The notes under the pieces were generated by a model. It was not told the DNA's origin. It did not search any database and was given only the letters and a program-made list of their open reading frames with translations. The position numbers and the translations under genes are program-made. Of a stretch of DNA of 64,000 nucleotides, positions 56,760 through 64,000 are shown piece after piece (the stretch's first letter is position 1; each line of letters starts with the position of its first letter). This DNA comes from Anaerolineaceae bacterium (GTDB lineage: Bacteria > Chloroflexota > Anaerolineae > Anaerolineales > Anaerolineaceae): contig DAOTUG010000002.1 in the NCBI GenBank assembly GCA_034437335.1, positions 27,227-91,226 on the forward strand, written 5' to 3'.

Positions 56760-57374
56760 ATGGCTAAAGACATATTTATTCACGAAACCGCCCAGGTTTC
56801 ATCTGACGCAGAAATTGGCGCTGGAACATCAATCTGGAATCACGTCCAGATTCGGGAAGGGGCCATGATAGGTCAGAATTGTATTTTGAGCAAAGGGGTT
56901 TATATTGATACAGGAGTTCAAATCGGAAACAATGTGAAAATCCAAAATGGCATTTCAGTGTATCACGGAGTCCGACTGGAGGATGGCGTCTTCTGCGGGC
57001 CGCATTGTGTTTTCACGAATGACCGGTTTCCTCGCTCGATCAATCCGGATGGTTCGCTGAAACGTGGTGAGGACTGGAAGCTCTCCGAGACCCTGGTGGC
57101 CTATGGCGCATCCATCGGCGCGCATGCGACCATTGTGTGCGGTGTTACCATCGGACGCTGGGCGATGGTGGGTGCAGGGTCTGTGGTGACCCGGGACGTG
57201 CCGGATCATGGTCTGGTGTATGGCAATCCGGCCCGGTTGAAGGGCTTTGTGTGCGCCTGCGGAGAGAAAACGGCCAGAGAGGGCTTCTCAGAGGGTGGGG
57301 TGGTGATGCGCTGTCCGGATTGTGGTGATTCCCTGGTTGTTCCAGAACACGTATATAATCAATTGGATACTTGA
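56760..57374 (+). CDS. hexapeptide-repeat N-acetyltransferase, WbpD-like
   Basis: 204 aa with left-handed beta-helix repeats (IGAGTSIWNHVQIREGAMIGQNCILSKGVYID). It also has a C-terminal CxC...CPDC zinc-ribbon-like tail. Confidence 0.7.
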   Translation: MAKDIFIHETAQVSSDAEIGAGTSIWNHVQIREGAMIGQNCILSKGVYIDTGVQIGNNVKIQNGISVYHGVRLEDGVFCGPHCVFTNDRFPRSINPDGSLKRGEDWKLSETLVAYGASIGAHATIVCGVTIGRWAMVGAGSVVTRDVPDHGLVYGNPARLKGFVCACGEKTAREGFSEGGVVMRCPDCGDSLVVPEHVYNQLDT

Positions 57375-57395
57375 TCAATAGAAAATGAGGATTCT

Positions 57396-58469
57396 GTGAT
57401 TTACATTTCAAAACCCTATATTACCGAAGCGGAAAAAAAGGCTGTCATGGAGGTCCTTGATTCTGGTTATATCGTGCAGGGACCAAAGACCGCCAAACTG
57501 GAAGAGGCCTTTGCCGAGGTTTGCGGGACGGAATATGCTGTAGCCACCTCATCGGGCACCACAGCCCTTCATATTGCTCTCTTGGCCCACGGTATCGGTG
57601 AAGGGGATGAGGTGATCACCACCCCCTTCACTTTCATGGCCTCTATCAATACCATTTTGTTTGTCGGGGCAAAGCCGGTTTTTGTGGATATACAAGCGGA
57701 TACGTTCAATCTCGATCCGGAATTGATTGAAGCAGCCATCACGCCCAAGACAAAGGCCATCCTGCCGGTGCATCTGTATGGGCAACCCTGCGAAATGGAT
57801 CGGATGATGGAAATGGCTAGAGAACATGATCTGGTGGTGATTGAGGATGCAGCCCAGGCCATCGGCGCAACCTTTGAAGGGCAGCCTGTGGGAAGCTTTG
57901 GCACCGGCTGTTTCAGTTTGTATGCCACAAAGAATGTGATGAGCGCAGAGGGGGGCATGATCACCACCAACGACCCTGATCTGGCGCAGGAATGCCGGAT
58001 GCTGCGCAACCATGGGATGCAGCGTCGTTATCATCATGATATGCTGGGATACAATTTCCGCATGACCGATATCCACGCGGCCATCGGCCTGACCCAGATT
58101 GGACGGTTGGAAGAGCTGACATCCGCGAGGGAGAAAAATGCGGCTTACCTGAACGCGCATATCACCTCCGTTGTTACCCCCGTGTCGCGTCCGAATGTGC
58201 GGCATGTCTGGCATCAGTACACTATTCGGATGGATGGGGGAAGGGATCGGGATGCCGCCGTGCTTTCTTTGAAGGAAGCCGGAGTCGGTACAGGGATTTT
58301 TTATCCGATCCCCGCGTATCGTCAGGCGCACATGGTGGAGATGGGCTTTGGTGAGGAGCGGTATCCCATCACCGAGCAAATGGTCAAGGAAGTGATCAGC
58401 CTGCCGGTCCATCCCCTGCTATCGGAGGGCGATCTGGAAACCATTGCACAAGAGGTGAACAAATTATGA
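57396..58469 (+). CDS. DegT/DnrJ/EryC1/StrS family aminotransferase, WbpE-like
   Basis: 357 aa with a GTG start after GAGG. Contains SSGTTALH and the PLP-lysine region SLYATKNVMSAEGG. Confidence 0.85.
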   Translation: MIYISKPYITEAEKKAVMEVLDSGYIVQGPKTAKLEEAFAEVCGTEYAVATSSGTTALHIALLAHGIGEGDEVITTPFTFMASINTILFVGAKPVFVDIQADTFNLDPELIEAAITPKTKAILPVHLYGQPCEMDRMMEMAREHDLVVIEDAAQAIGATFEGQPVGSFGTGCFSLYATKNVMSAEGGMITTNDPDLAQECRMLRNHGMQRRYHHDMLGYNFRMTDIHAAIGLTQIGRLEELTSAREKNAAYLNAHITSVVTPVSRPNVRHVWHQYTIRMDGGRDRDAAVLSLKEAGVGTGIFYPIPAYRQAHMVEMGFGEERYPITEQMVKEVISLPVHPLLSEGDLETIAQEVNKL

Positions 58470-59464
58470 CCTTGAAAACAGCCGTCATTGGCGTAGGGTC
58501 CATGGGAAGAAATCACGCCCGTGTCTACTGGCAGATGCCCGATGTGGTTCTGGCCGGGGTCAGTGATATTGATGAGAGCACCGCAGATCGCATCGCAGCG
58601 CAATATGATGCGCGGGCATTCACGGACTATGAAACGATGCTGGATACGGTCAAACCGGATGCGGTTTCCATTGCGGTTCCTACAGAGGATCATCTCAAAA
58701 CCGCCATGGCCGTGATCCAACGCGGCATCCACCTGCTGATTGAGAAGCCGATTGCCTTTTCCCGCCATGAAGCGCAGGAAATCATCGCTGCTGCGAAGGA
58801 GGCAGGGATCAAATTGATGGTTGGCCACATCGAGCGGTTTAATCCGGCGGTGCAGCTCTTGAAGCAGCATCTTCTGGAAAAACGATTGGGCCGGATCTTT
58901 CAGATCTCCGCCCGACGTCAGGGGCCTTTTCCCGCCAGGATCCGGGATGTGGGGGTGGTCGTTGATCTGGCCGTGCATGATCTGGATGTGATGCGCTTTG
59001 TCACCGGAGAGGATATCATCCGGGTGTATGCGGAAACGGAGCATCAGATCCGAACAGATCATGAGGATCTGTTTGCCGGACTCGTCCGTCTGGCGGATGG
59101 CGCGATCGGCACCCTCTCGATCAATTGGTTGACCCCGACAAAAATACGAGAGCTTTCAGTTATCGGTGAATTGGGCATGTACTATGTGAATTATCTCACC
59201 CAGGATCTGTTTTTTTATGAAAATACTGACGCCAGCGGTCCTGAATGGGAGACAATGCGGGTCCTGCGGGGTGTTGCCGAGGGACAGATGATCCGGCATG
59301 TGGTCAAGAAGAAGGAACCTCTACTGGCTGAGCTTGAGTCCTTTACGGCCGCCATCACAGGGGGTGCCCCTGTGGCTGTCAGCGGCAAGGATGGCCTGGA
59401 GGCCCTGAATTTGGCCAAGGCAATGGTTGAATCCGGCCGGACAAGCCAACCGATTAATCTGTGA
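58466..59464 (+). CDS. Gfo/Idh/MocA family oxidoreductase, WbpB-like
   Basis: 332 aa with the Rossmann motif AVIGVGSMGRNH. Overlaps the upstream gene by 4 nt. Confidence 0.8.
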   Translation: MTLKTAVIGVGSMGRNHARVYWQMPDVVLAGVSDIDESTADRIAAQYDARAFTDYETMLDTVKPDAVSIAVPTEDHLKTAMAVIQRGIHLLIEKPIAFSRHEAQEIIAAAKEAGIKLMVGHIERFNPAVQLLKQHLLEKRLGRIFQISARRQGPFPARIRDVGVVVDLAVHDLDVMRFVTGEDIIRVYAETEHQIRTDHEDLFAGLVRLADGAIGTLSINWLTPTKIRELSVIGELGMYYVNYLTQDLFFYENTDASGPEWETMRVLRGVAEGQMIRHVVKKKEPLLAELESFTAAITGGAPVAVSGKDGLEALNLAKAMVESGRTSQPINL

Positions 59465-60807
59465 GACGATTGGAAAACGCGATGCCCGATCTTTCGCTGT
59501 TGGAAGAAAAAATTGCATCCAAACAAGCGATCATTGCCGTAATTGGCCTGGGATATGTTGGGCTGCCTGTCGCAGCCTGCTTTGCCCGGGAGGGCTTTTC
59601 AGTGATCGGTGTGGACATCAAATCTGAGCGTGTGGCTAGGATCAACCGGGGGCAAAACCCGATTGAGGGTCGCGAACCTGGCCTTTCGGAATTGTTGGAA
59701 TCCGTGGTGTTGGCAGGAACATTTCAGGCAACAACGGATTATAACCAGATTCGGGAAGCGGATATCATCCTGATTGATGTGGAAACCCCGGTGGGGGATG
59801 ATCACCGTCCGGCCTATCGCGCGCTTCGAACCGTCTGTGCGAGTTTGGGCGAGGTGATGAAACCGGGAAGCCTGATTATTGTCGAGTCCACGGTCGCGCC
59901 TGGCACCGTGGAAGGATTGGTGGCCCCACTCCTGAGCCAGACCAGCGGCATGGCCCTGAACCAGGATTTCTTTTTGGGCGCTTGCCCGGAACGGGTAATG
60001 CCTGGAAAGCTTCTGGCGAATCTGGCTGCCATGAGCCGGGTGTGTGGAGGCAGCACCCCCCACACAGCCCGGACGATGCGCTCCCTTTACCGGCATATTG
60101 TCGGGGCGGATCTGGACACCAGTGATGTGGTCACCGCAGAATTGACCAAGACCACCGAAAACGCCTATCGGGATGTGCAGATCGCCTTTGCCAATGAGGT
60201 TGCCCGGATCTGTGAGGCCAATGGAGCGGATGTCTGGAAGGTGCGGGCATTGGTGAACAAATCTCCAGGACGCCAGATGTTGTTTCCCGGAGCCGGGGTT
60301 GGCGGACATTGCATCCCGAAGGACCCCTGGCTGCTGGTATCTTCCGTCAAGGGACAGTTTCAGCCGGTGCTGATCCCGTCCGCCAGGGCTGTGAATGAGA
60401 GCATGCCCGGTCATATCCTCTCTCTTCTGGAGGAGGGATTGGCTGCTGTCAATCTTCAGGTCAAGGGGGCCGTGGTTTGCATATTGGGATATGCTTACCT
60501 TGAGGAGAGCGATGATACCCGCAACAGTCCCAGCGCCGTTTTGGTACAGGAGCTGCACAGACGTGGGGCAGAGATCAGAATTCATGATCCCTGGGTGCCG
60601 CAATACCAGAGGGACTTGATGGACTGTGTTGAAAATGCGGATGCGGTGGTATTGATGGTGGCTCATGGGGAATATCGAAACGTGAATTTGAAGTCGCTTG
60701 TAGAGAAAATGCGCCATCCTGTGCTCATTGATGGGCGGCATGCTCTGAGATATGAGACTATTCCCGATGACAACGTCATCTATCGTTGCGTTGGCATTGG
60801 CAGTTAG
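59461..60807 (+). CDS. nucleotide-sugar 6-dehydrogenase (UDP-GlcNAc/UDP-ManNAc dehydrogenase, WbpA/WecC-like)
   Basis: VIGLGYVGLP and catalytic GGHCIPKDP. The GTG at 59461 overlaps the upstream stop; an alternative ATG lies at 59482. Confidence 0.85.
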   Translation: MRRLENAMPDLSLLEEKIASKQAIIAVIGLGYVGLPVAACFAREGFSVIGVDIKSERVARINRGQNPIEGREPGLSELLESVVLAGTFQATTDYNQIREADIILIDVETPVGDDHRPAYRALRTVCASLGEVMKPGSLIIVESTVAPGTVEGLVAPLLSQTSGMALNQDFFLGACPERVMPGKLLANLAAMSRVCGGSTPHTARTMRSLYRHIVGADLDTSDVVTAELTKTTENAYRDVQIAFANEVARICEANGADVWKVRALVNKSPGRQMLFPGAGVGGHCIPKDPWLLVSSVKGQFQPVLIPSARAVNESMPGHILSLLEEGLAAVNLQVKGAVVCILGYAYLEESDDTRNSPSAVLVQELHRRGAEIRIHDPWVPQYQRDLMDCVENADAVVLMVAHGEYRNVNLKSLVEKMRHPVLIDGRHALRYETIPDDNVIYRCVGIGS

Positions 60808-60816
60808 GAATTCTTC

Positions 60817-61812
60817 ATGGTCAGGAAAAAGAAACAGATAGAACATCAGGAAATTCGAGACATCAAGGGCAACCGGTTGATTGCTGTGGTGATCCCTGCC
60901 TATAATGAACAGAAACTGATCCGGCAAGCCATTGACAATGTCCCCGACTATGTGGATAAGATTGTCGTGGTGGATGATTTCAGCAGCGATGATACGGCAG
61001 AAAAAGTCCGGGAGCGTCAGAAAACCAATCCGGACCGCATTGTTTTGATTCAGCACACTGAGAATCAGGGCGTGGGTGGTGCGATTGCTTCCGGATATAT
61101 CTGGTGCCGGGACCATGACGTTGAGGCTGCTGCGGTGATGGCGGGTGATGCACAGATGGACCCCGATGATCTACCCCGGCTGCTCAAGCCGGTTCTGGAT
61201 GGGGATGTGGATTATGCCAAGGGCAATCGGTTATTCACGGGAGATGCCTGGCACATTATCCCTCGTATTCGTTACATCGGGAATTCGGGCATGTCCCTGC
61301 TGACCAAGATTGTATCGGGCTACTGGCATGTGGCGGATTCCCAGTGTGGATACACGGTTATCAATGAGAAGGCATTGAAGACCATTGATTGGGAAAAAAT
61401 GTACAAACGCTATGGCATGCCCAATGATCTTCTGGTTCGGTTGAATATCTATGATTTTCGGGTCCGGGATTATCCGGTGAAACCGGTCTATAATATTGGT
61501 GAAAAAAGCGGAATCAAACCACTGCGTATGGCGCCGCGGTTATTCGTTTTGCTTGTCCGTCTCTTCTTGTATCGGATGGCGCAGAAATACGTCATCCGGG
61601 ATTTCCATCCCCTGGTCTTTTTTTATTTTCTTGCTTTTTTCCTCATTCTTATCTCGACTGTTCTGTTTATCAGGGTGGTGGTTCAATGGTTCATGGCAGG
61701 CCATGTCCCGCCGATCAGCACGATGACCTTCATGTTCACCGCGATCTTCGCGGCCCAATCGTTGTTCTTTTCCATGTGGTTTGATATGCAGGATAACAGG
61801 AATTTGAAATGA
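60817..61812 (+). CDS. glycosyltransferase family 2 with C-terminal TM helices (polyprenyl-phosphate GT-like)
   Basis: 331 aa with VVIPAYNEQ, VDDFSSDDT and AGDAQMD, plus two C-terminal TM helices as in GtrB/ArnC/DPM1-like enzymes. Confidence 0.8.
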   Translation: MVRKKKQIEHQEIRDIKGNRLIAVVIPAYNEQKLIRQAIDNVPDYVDKIVVVDDFSSDDTAEKVRERQKTNPDRIVLIQHTENQGVGGAIASGYIWCRDHDVEAAAVMAGDAQMDPDDLPRLLKPVLDGDVDYAKGNRLFTGDAWHIIPRIRYIGNSGMSLLTKIVSGYWHVADSQCGYTVINEKALKTIDWEKMYKRYGMPNDLLVRLNIYDFRVRDYPVKPVYNIGEKSGIKPLRMAPRLFVLLVRLFLYRMAQKYVIRDFHPLVFFYFLAFFLILISTVLFIRVVVQWFMAGHVPPISTMTFMFTAIFAAQSLFFSMWFDMQDNRNLK

Positions 61813-62450
61813 GTCCCAAATCCAACGCTGGAAGGCCTGTCAGCACCCATGATATTGGCGTGTCTCTGCCAGCCAACACCAAGTATCTTTCCGGAAATCT
61901 CATCAGCCGCCGTCTGATCCGTGGTTTCATGAACGCATTGATTGAATTGAGCCAGGTTGAGGCGCATTCCACGGTGTTTGAAATTGGTTGCGGAGAAGGG
62001 TTGATCCTACGGCAGTTGCAGTTTGTCTTTGCCAGAGAGGTCTTTCTTTCCGGAGCGGACCTGGATGCAGATCTTTTGCGGGTGGGACAGTCCCTTCTTG
62101 AGAGCCTGCCGCTTAGTTGTGCGTCCATTTATGAGTTACCCTTTGATGATAATAGTTTTGATCTGGTGATCTCAACCGAGGTTTTGGAACATCTCGAAGA
62201 TCCCTTGCATGCCCTGCGGGAGGTTTGCCGTGTTTCAAAACGTTATGTCCTGTTGAGTGTTCCCAATGAGCCGATTTGGAGCATGGCGAACTTCCTGCGA
62301 GGAAAATATTGGAATGATTGGGGGAATACACCCGGGCATATCAATAAGTGGCCAGCCCGGAAGTTTATCTCTTTTGTCGCCTCAGAGGTCCACATCGTCG
62401 CCGTCAGGAGGCCCTTCCCATGGACAATGGTACTCGGCCGCGTGGACTGA
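61809..62450 (+). CDS. class I SAM-dependent methyltransferase
   Basis: 213 aa with motif I VFEIGCGEG and a later VISTEVLEHL. ATGA overlap with the upstream gene. Confidence 0.8.
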   Translation: MSPKSNAGRPVSTHDIGVSLPANTKYLSGNLISRRLIRGFMNALIELSQVEAHSTVFEIGCGEGLILRQLQFVFAREVFLSGADLDADLLRVGQSLLESLPLSCASIYELPFDDNSFDLVISTEVLEHLEDPLHALREVCRVSKRYVLLSVPNEPIWSMANFLRGKYWNDWGNTPGHINKWPARKFISFVASEVHIVAVRRPFPWTMVLGRVD

Positions 62451-63397
62451 AGGGCGTCCTCAAGGCCTTTCTGGTTTGGTTCAGGCAGAATCAGTGGGCC
62501 CGGACTGGCCTCACCGTTGTGCTGATTGTGGCGCCCATGGCCTTATTGGTCAGAAATCTGATCATTAACTGGGGATCCCTGCAGGAGGCTGCGATTCAAA
62601 TCCGGTGGGGCAGGATGGGATTTACCCTGCTGATATTGCTGGTGGGATTCGGCCTCTTGCCGCTGGGGACTCTCTCCAGTTTACGCGCCCTGGGATCTGC
62701 ACTTTCATTCAGCAAGGCCTACTACGCCTACCACGCGTCTCAATTGGGGAAGTATCTGCCAGGTCGCATCTGGATCATCCCGGGAAGGGCGGTCATCATG
62801 CGGGGTTTTGGCGTTGATCCGATCCTGGGAGGCGCTGGCGCTTTGTTGGAAACGTATCTGTTAATTGTGACCGGGGTGGTTGCTTTTTTGCCCTATATGT
62901 TCCTTGTTCCCCGGGACTCCATCCGCCAATTGGCCATCATTGCTATGATCTTGAGTTTCCCTGCGCTCCTGATACTATTTTTTCCGAAATTGTTGAACTG
63001 GCTTCTGGGCGTTTTTATGAAATGGTTGAAACGGCCGGCTGTGCATATCGCATATTCCTGGAAGCAAATTGTGGTGATGCTGGGGGTGTATCTCGGTTTT
63101 TGGTTTGTTTCTGGCACAGGATTTTACATCTTAATAGACAGTTTTTATCCCCTCAACGGACAGGCTTTCCTCCAGATCGTCGGGGTTTTGGGTTTTTCCT
63201 GGGTGGTTGGATTTATCTCTTTCCTGACCCCCGCGGGCATTGGCGTTCGGGAAGGCGCGATGGGGTTCTTGCTGGCCCCCCTCATTCCGGATCCCTTCCC
63301 GGCCTTAATCGCCATTGCCTCCAGGATTTGGTGGTCATTGGCAGATCTCGCCTCAATCGGCGCGGCATTTCTCTTCTTCCGTACAAAACGGGACTGA
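62420..63397 (+). CDS. UPF0104 / lysylphosphatidylglycerol-synthase-TM-region-like membrane protein
   Basis: About 325 aa from ATG 62420, with about 8 TM helices. Contains GKYLPGRIW and PAGIGVREG motifs typical of this flippase-like family. Confidence 0.65.
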   Translation: MDNGTRPRGLKGVLKAFLVWFRQNQWARTGLTVVLIVAPMALLVRNLIINWGSLQEAAIQIRWGRMGFTLLILLVGFGLLPLGTLSSLRALGSALSFSKAYYAYHASQLGKYLPGRIWIIPGRAVIMRGFGVDPILGGAGALLETYLLIVTGVVAFLPYMFLVPRDSIRQLAIIAMILSFPALLILFFPKLLNWLLGVFMKWLKRPAVHIAYSWKQIVVMLGVYLGFWFVSGTGFYILIDSFYPLNGQAFLQIVGVLGFSWVVGFISFLTPAGIGVREGAMGFLLAPLIPDPFPALIAIASRIWWSLADLASIGAAFLFFRTKRD

Positions 63398-63418
63398 GGC
63401 CGTTGAACTCCCTGCAGA

Positions 63419-64000
63419 TCAGCGTCGGATGCGATCGTAGGTGTCTGGCAGACCCTCCGTGTGACAGATAATCCAGCATTTATTGCACTGCAGCCCCCAC
63501 ATTTTATTGCGGTGTTTCTGCCATTCTTTGGAAAACCACAAATCTTCGAGGTTGTTTTCTCTCAAGTTTCCCATGATTCCTGCATCAATGCAGGAATAAA
63601 CATCCAGGCCCACATTGATAGAGATGGAATCATAGCCTGAGAGGCAGTGAAAGTTTTCCGGCATTGCGTGACGGACGCCAAAGGCGGGAATGCCCCGCAG
63701 ATAATTGGTGTCTGTGACGATGTTATATCCCTCCTGGCGCATCCTGATCAGATCATCCACCAATGCCTCAAGCTTTGGTTCATCCTCTTCAGTGAATTGG
63801 ACCTGTTGGGAGTATTGATGATCCTTGTCAAACCATTCGGAATACCAGGCCGGGTGGACCACCTGTATATTGACGGACATGTCATTGTCCGTGGAAAAGC
63901 GCACCACATCTTTGACCGAATCAATGGTGTGGCGGCTGATGACGCAACTGATGTTCAGGGTTGCCTTTTCAGGAAAACTGTCCTTATTCCTAATTGCCTG
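63419..64000 (-). CDS. radical SAM/SPASM-like protein, C-terminal part (5' end outside the window)
   Basis: The ORF is open to the window edge. The C-terminal Cys-rich part (FHCLSGYDSISI..., VYSCIDAG, CNKCWIICH) resembles a SPASM/twitch auxiliary cluster domain. Confidence 0.5.
   Translation of the reverse strand, partial: QAIRNKDSFPEKATLNISCVISRHTIDSVKDVVRFSTDNDMSVNIQVVHPAWYSEWFDKDHQYSQQVQFTEEDEPKLEALVDDLIRMRQEGYNIVTDTNYLRGIPAFGVRHAMPENFHCLSGYDSISINVGLDVYSCIDAGIMGNLRENNLEDLWFSKEWQKHRNKMWGLQCNKCWIICHTEGLPDTYDRIRR

Noticed and set aside
59599-61116. 505-aa minus-strand ORF, the longest antisense ORF in the window
   Set aside because: It spans the nucleotide-sugar dehydrogenase and GT2 genes, both of which have diagnostic motifs on the plus strand. 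Its translation is His/Gln/Arg/Pro-rich.

Overview
Dense chromosomal segment of about 65 protein-coding genes, roughly 55-60% GC by eye. I recognised no rRNA, tRNA, CRISPR array, transposase or integrase. All product names come from motifs read in the supplied translations; no database search was run. The gene content (archaeal-type AspRS, split methylmalonyl-CoA mutase, many cytoplasmic glycosidases) suggests a Chloroflexota/Anaerolineae-like saprophyte, but this is a low-confidence guess.

Main blocks:
1. Four signal-peptide-less glycoside hydrolases: GH2 beta-mannosidase, GH38 alpha-mannosidase, GH3-PA14 beta-glucosidase and GH2 beta-glucuronidase. With them are two tandem GPH sugar symporters and a UxaE-like epimerase.
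2. A sulfotransferase next to a fused ATP-sulfurylase/APS-kinase (PAPS synthase). This pair is convergent with a TetR-controlled ABC-2 exporter.
3. An anaerobic sulfatase-maturase-type radical SAM gene with no sulfatase in view.
4. A WbpD/E/B/A-like set for a di-N-acetylated aminouronic acid sugar, followed by GT2, methyltransferase, UPF0104 membrane protein and a radical SAM/SPASM gene.
5. Housekeeping genes: pfk, prs, aspS, msrAB, meaB, kamA.

Least-explained items:
- A DUF2089-type gene followed by a protein built of about 14 strictly phased 29-residue repeats.
- A translationally coupled pair of RlaP/PF10127-like nucleotidyltransferases.
- A membrane protein coupled to a 614-aa globular, coiled-coil and TM protein.
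- A DUF2804, small HD (ppGpp-hydrolase-like) and NYN-LOTUS gene string.
- A roughly 1-kb AT-rich island carrying a frameshifted gene remnant.
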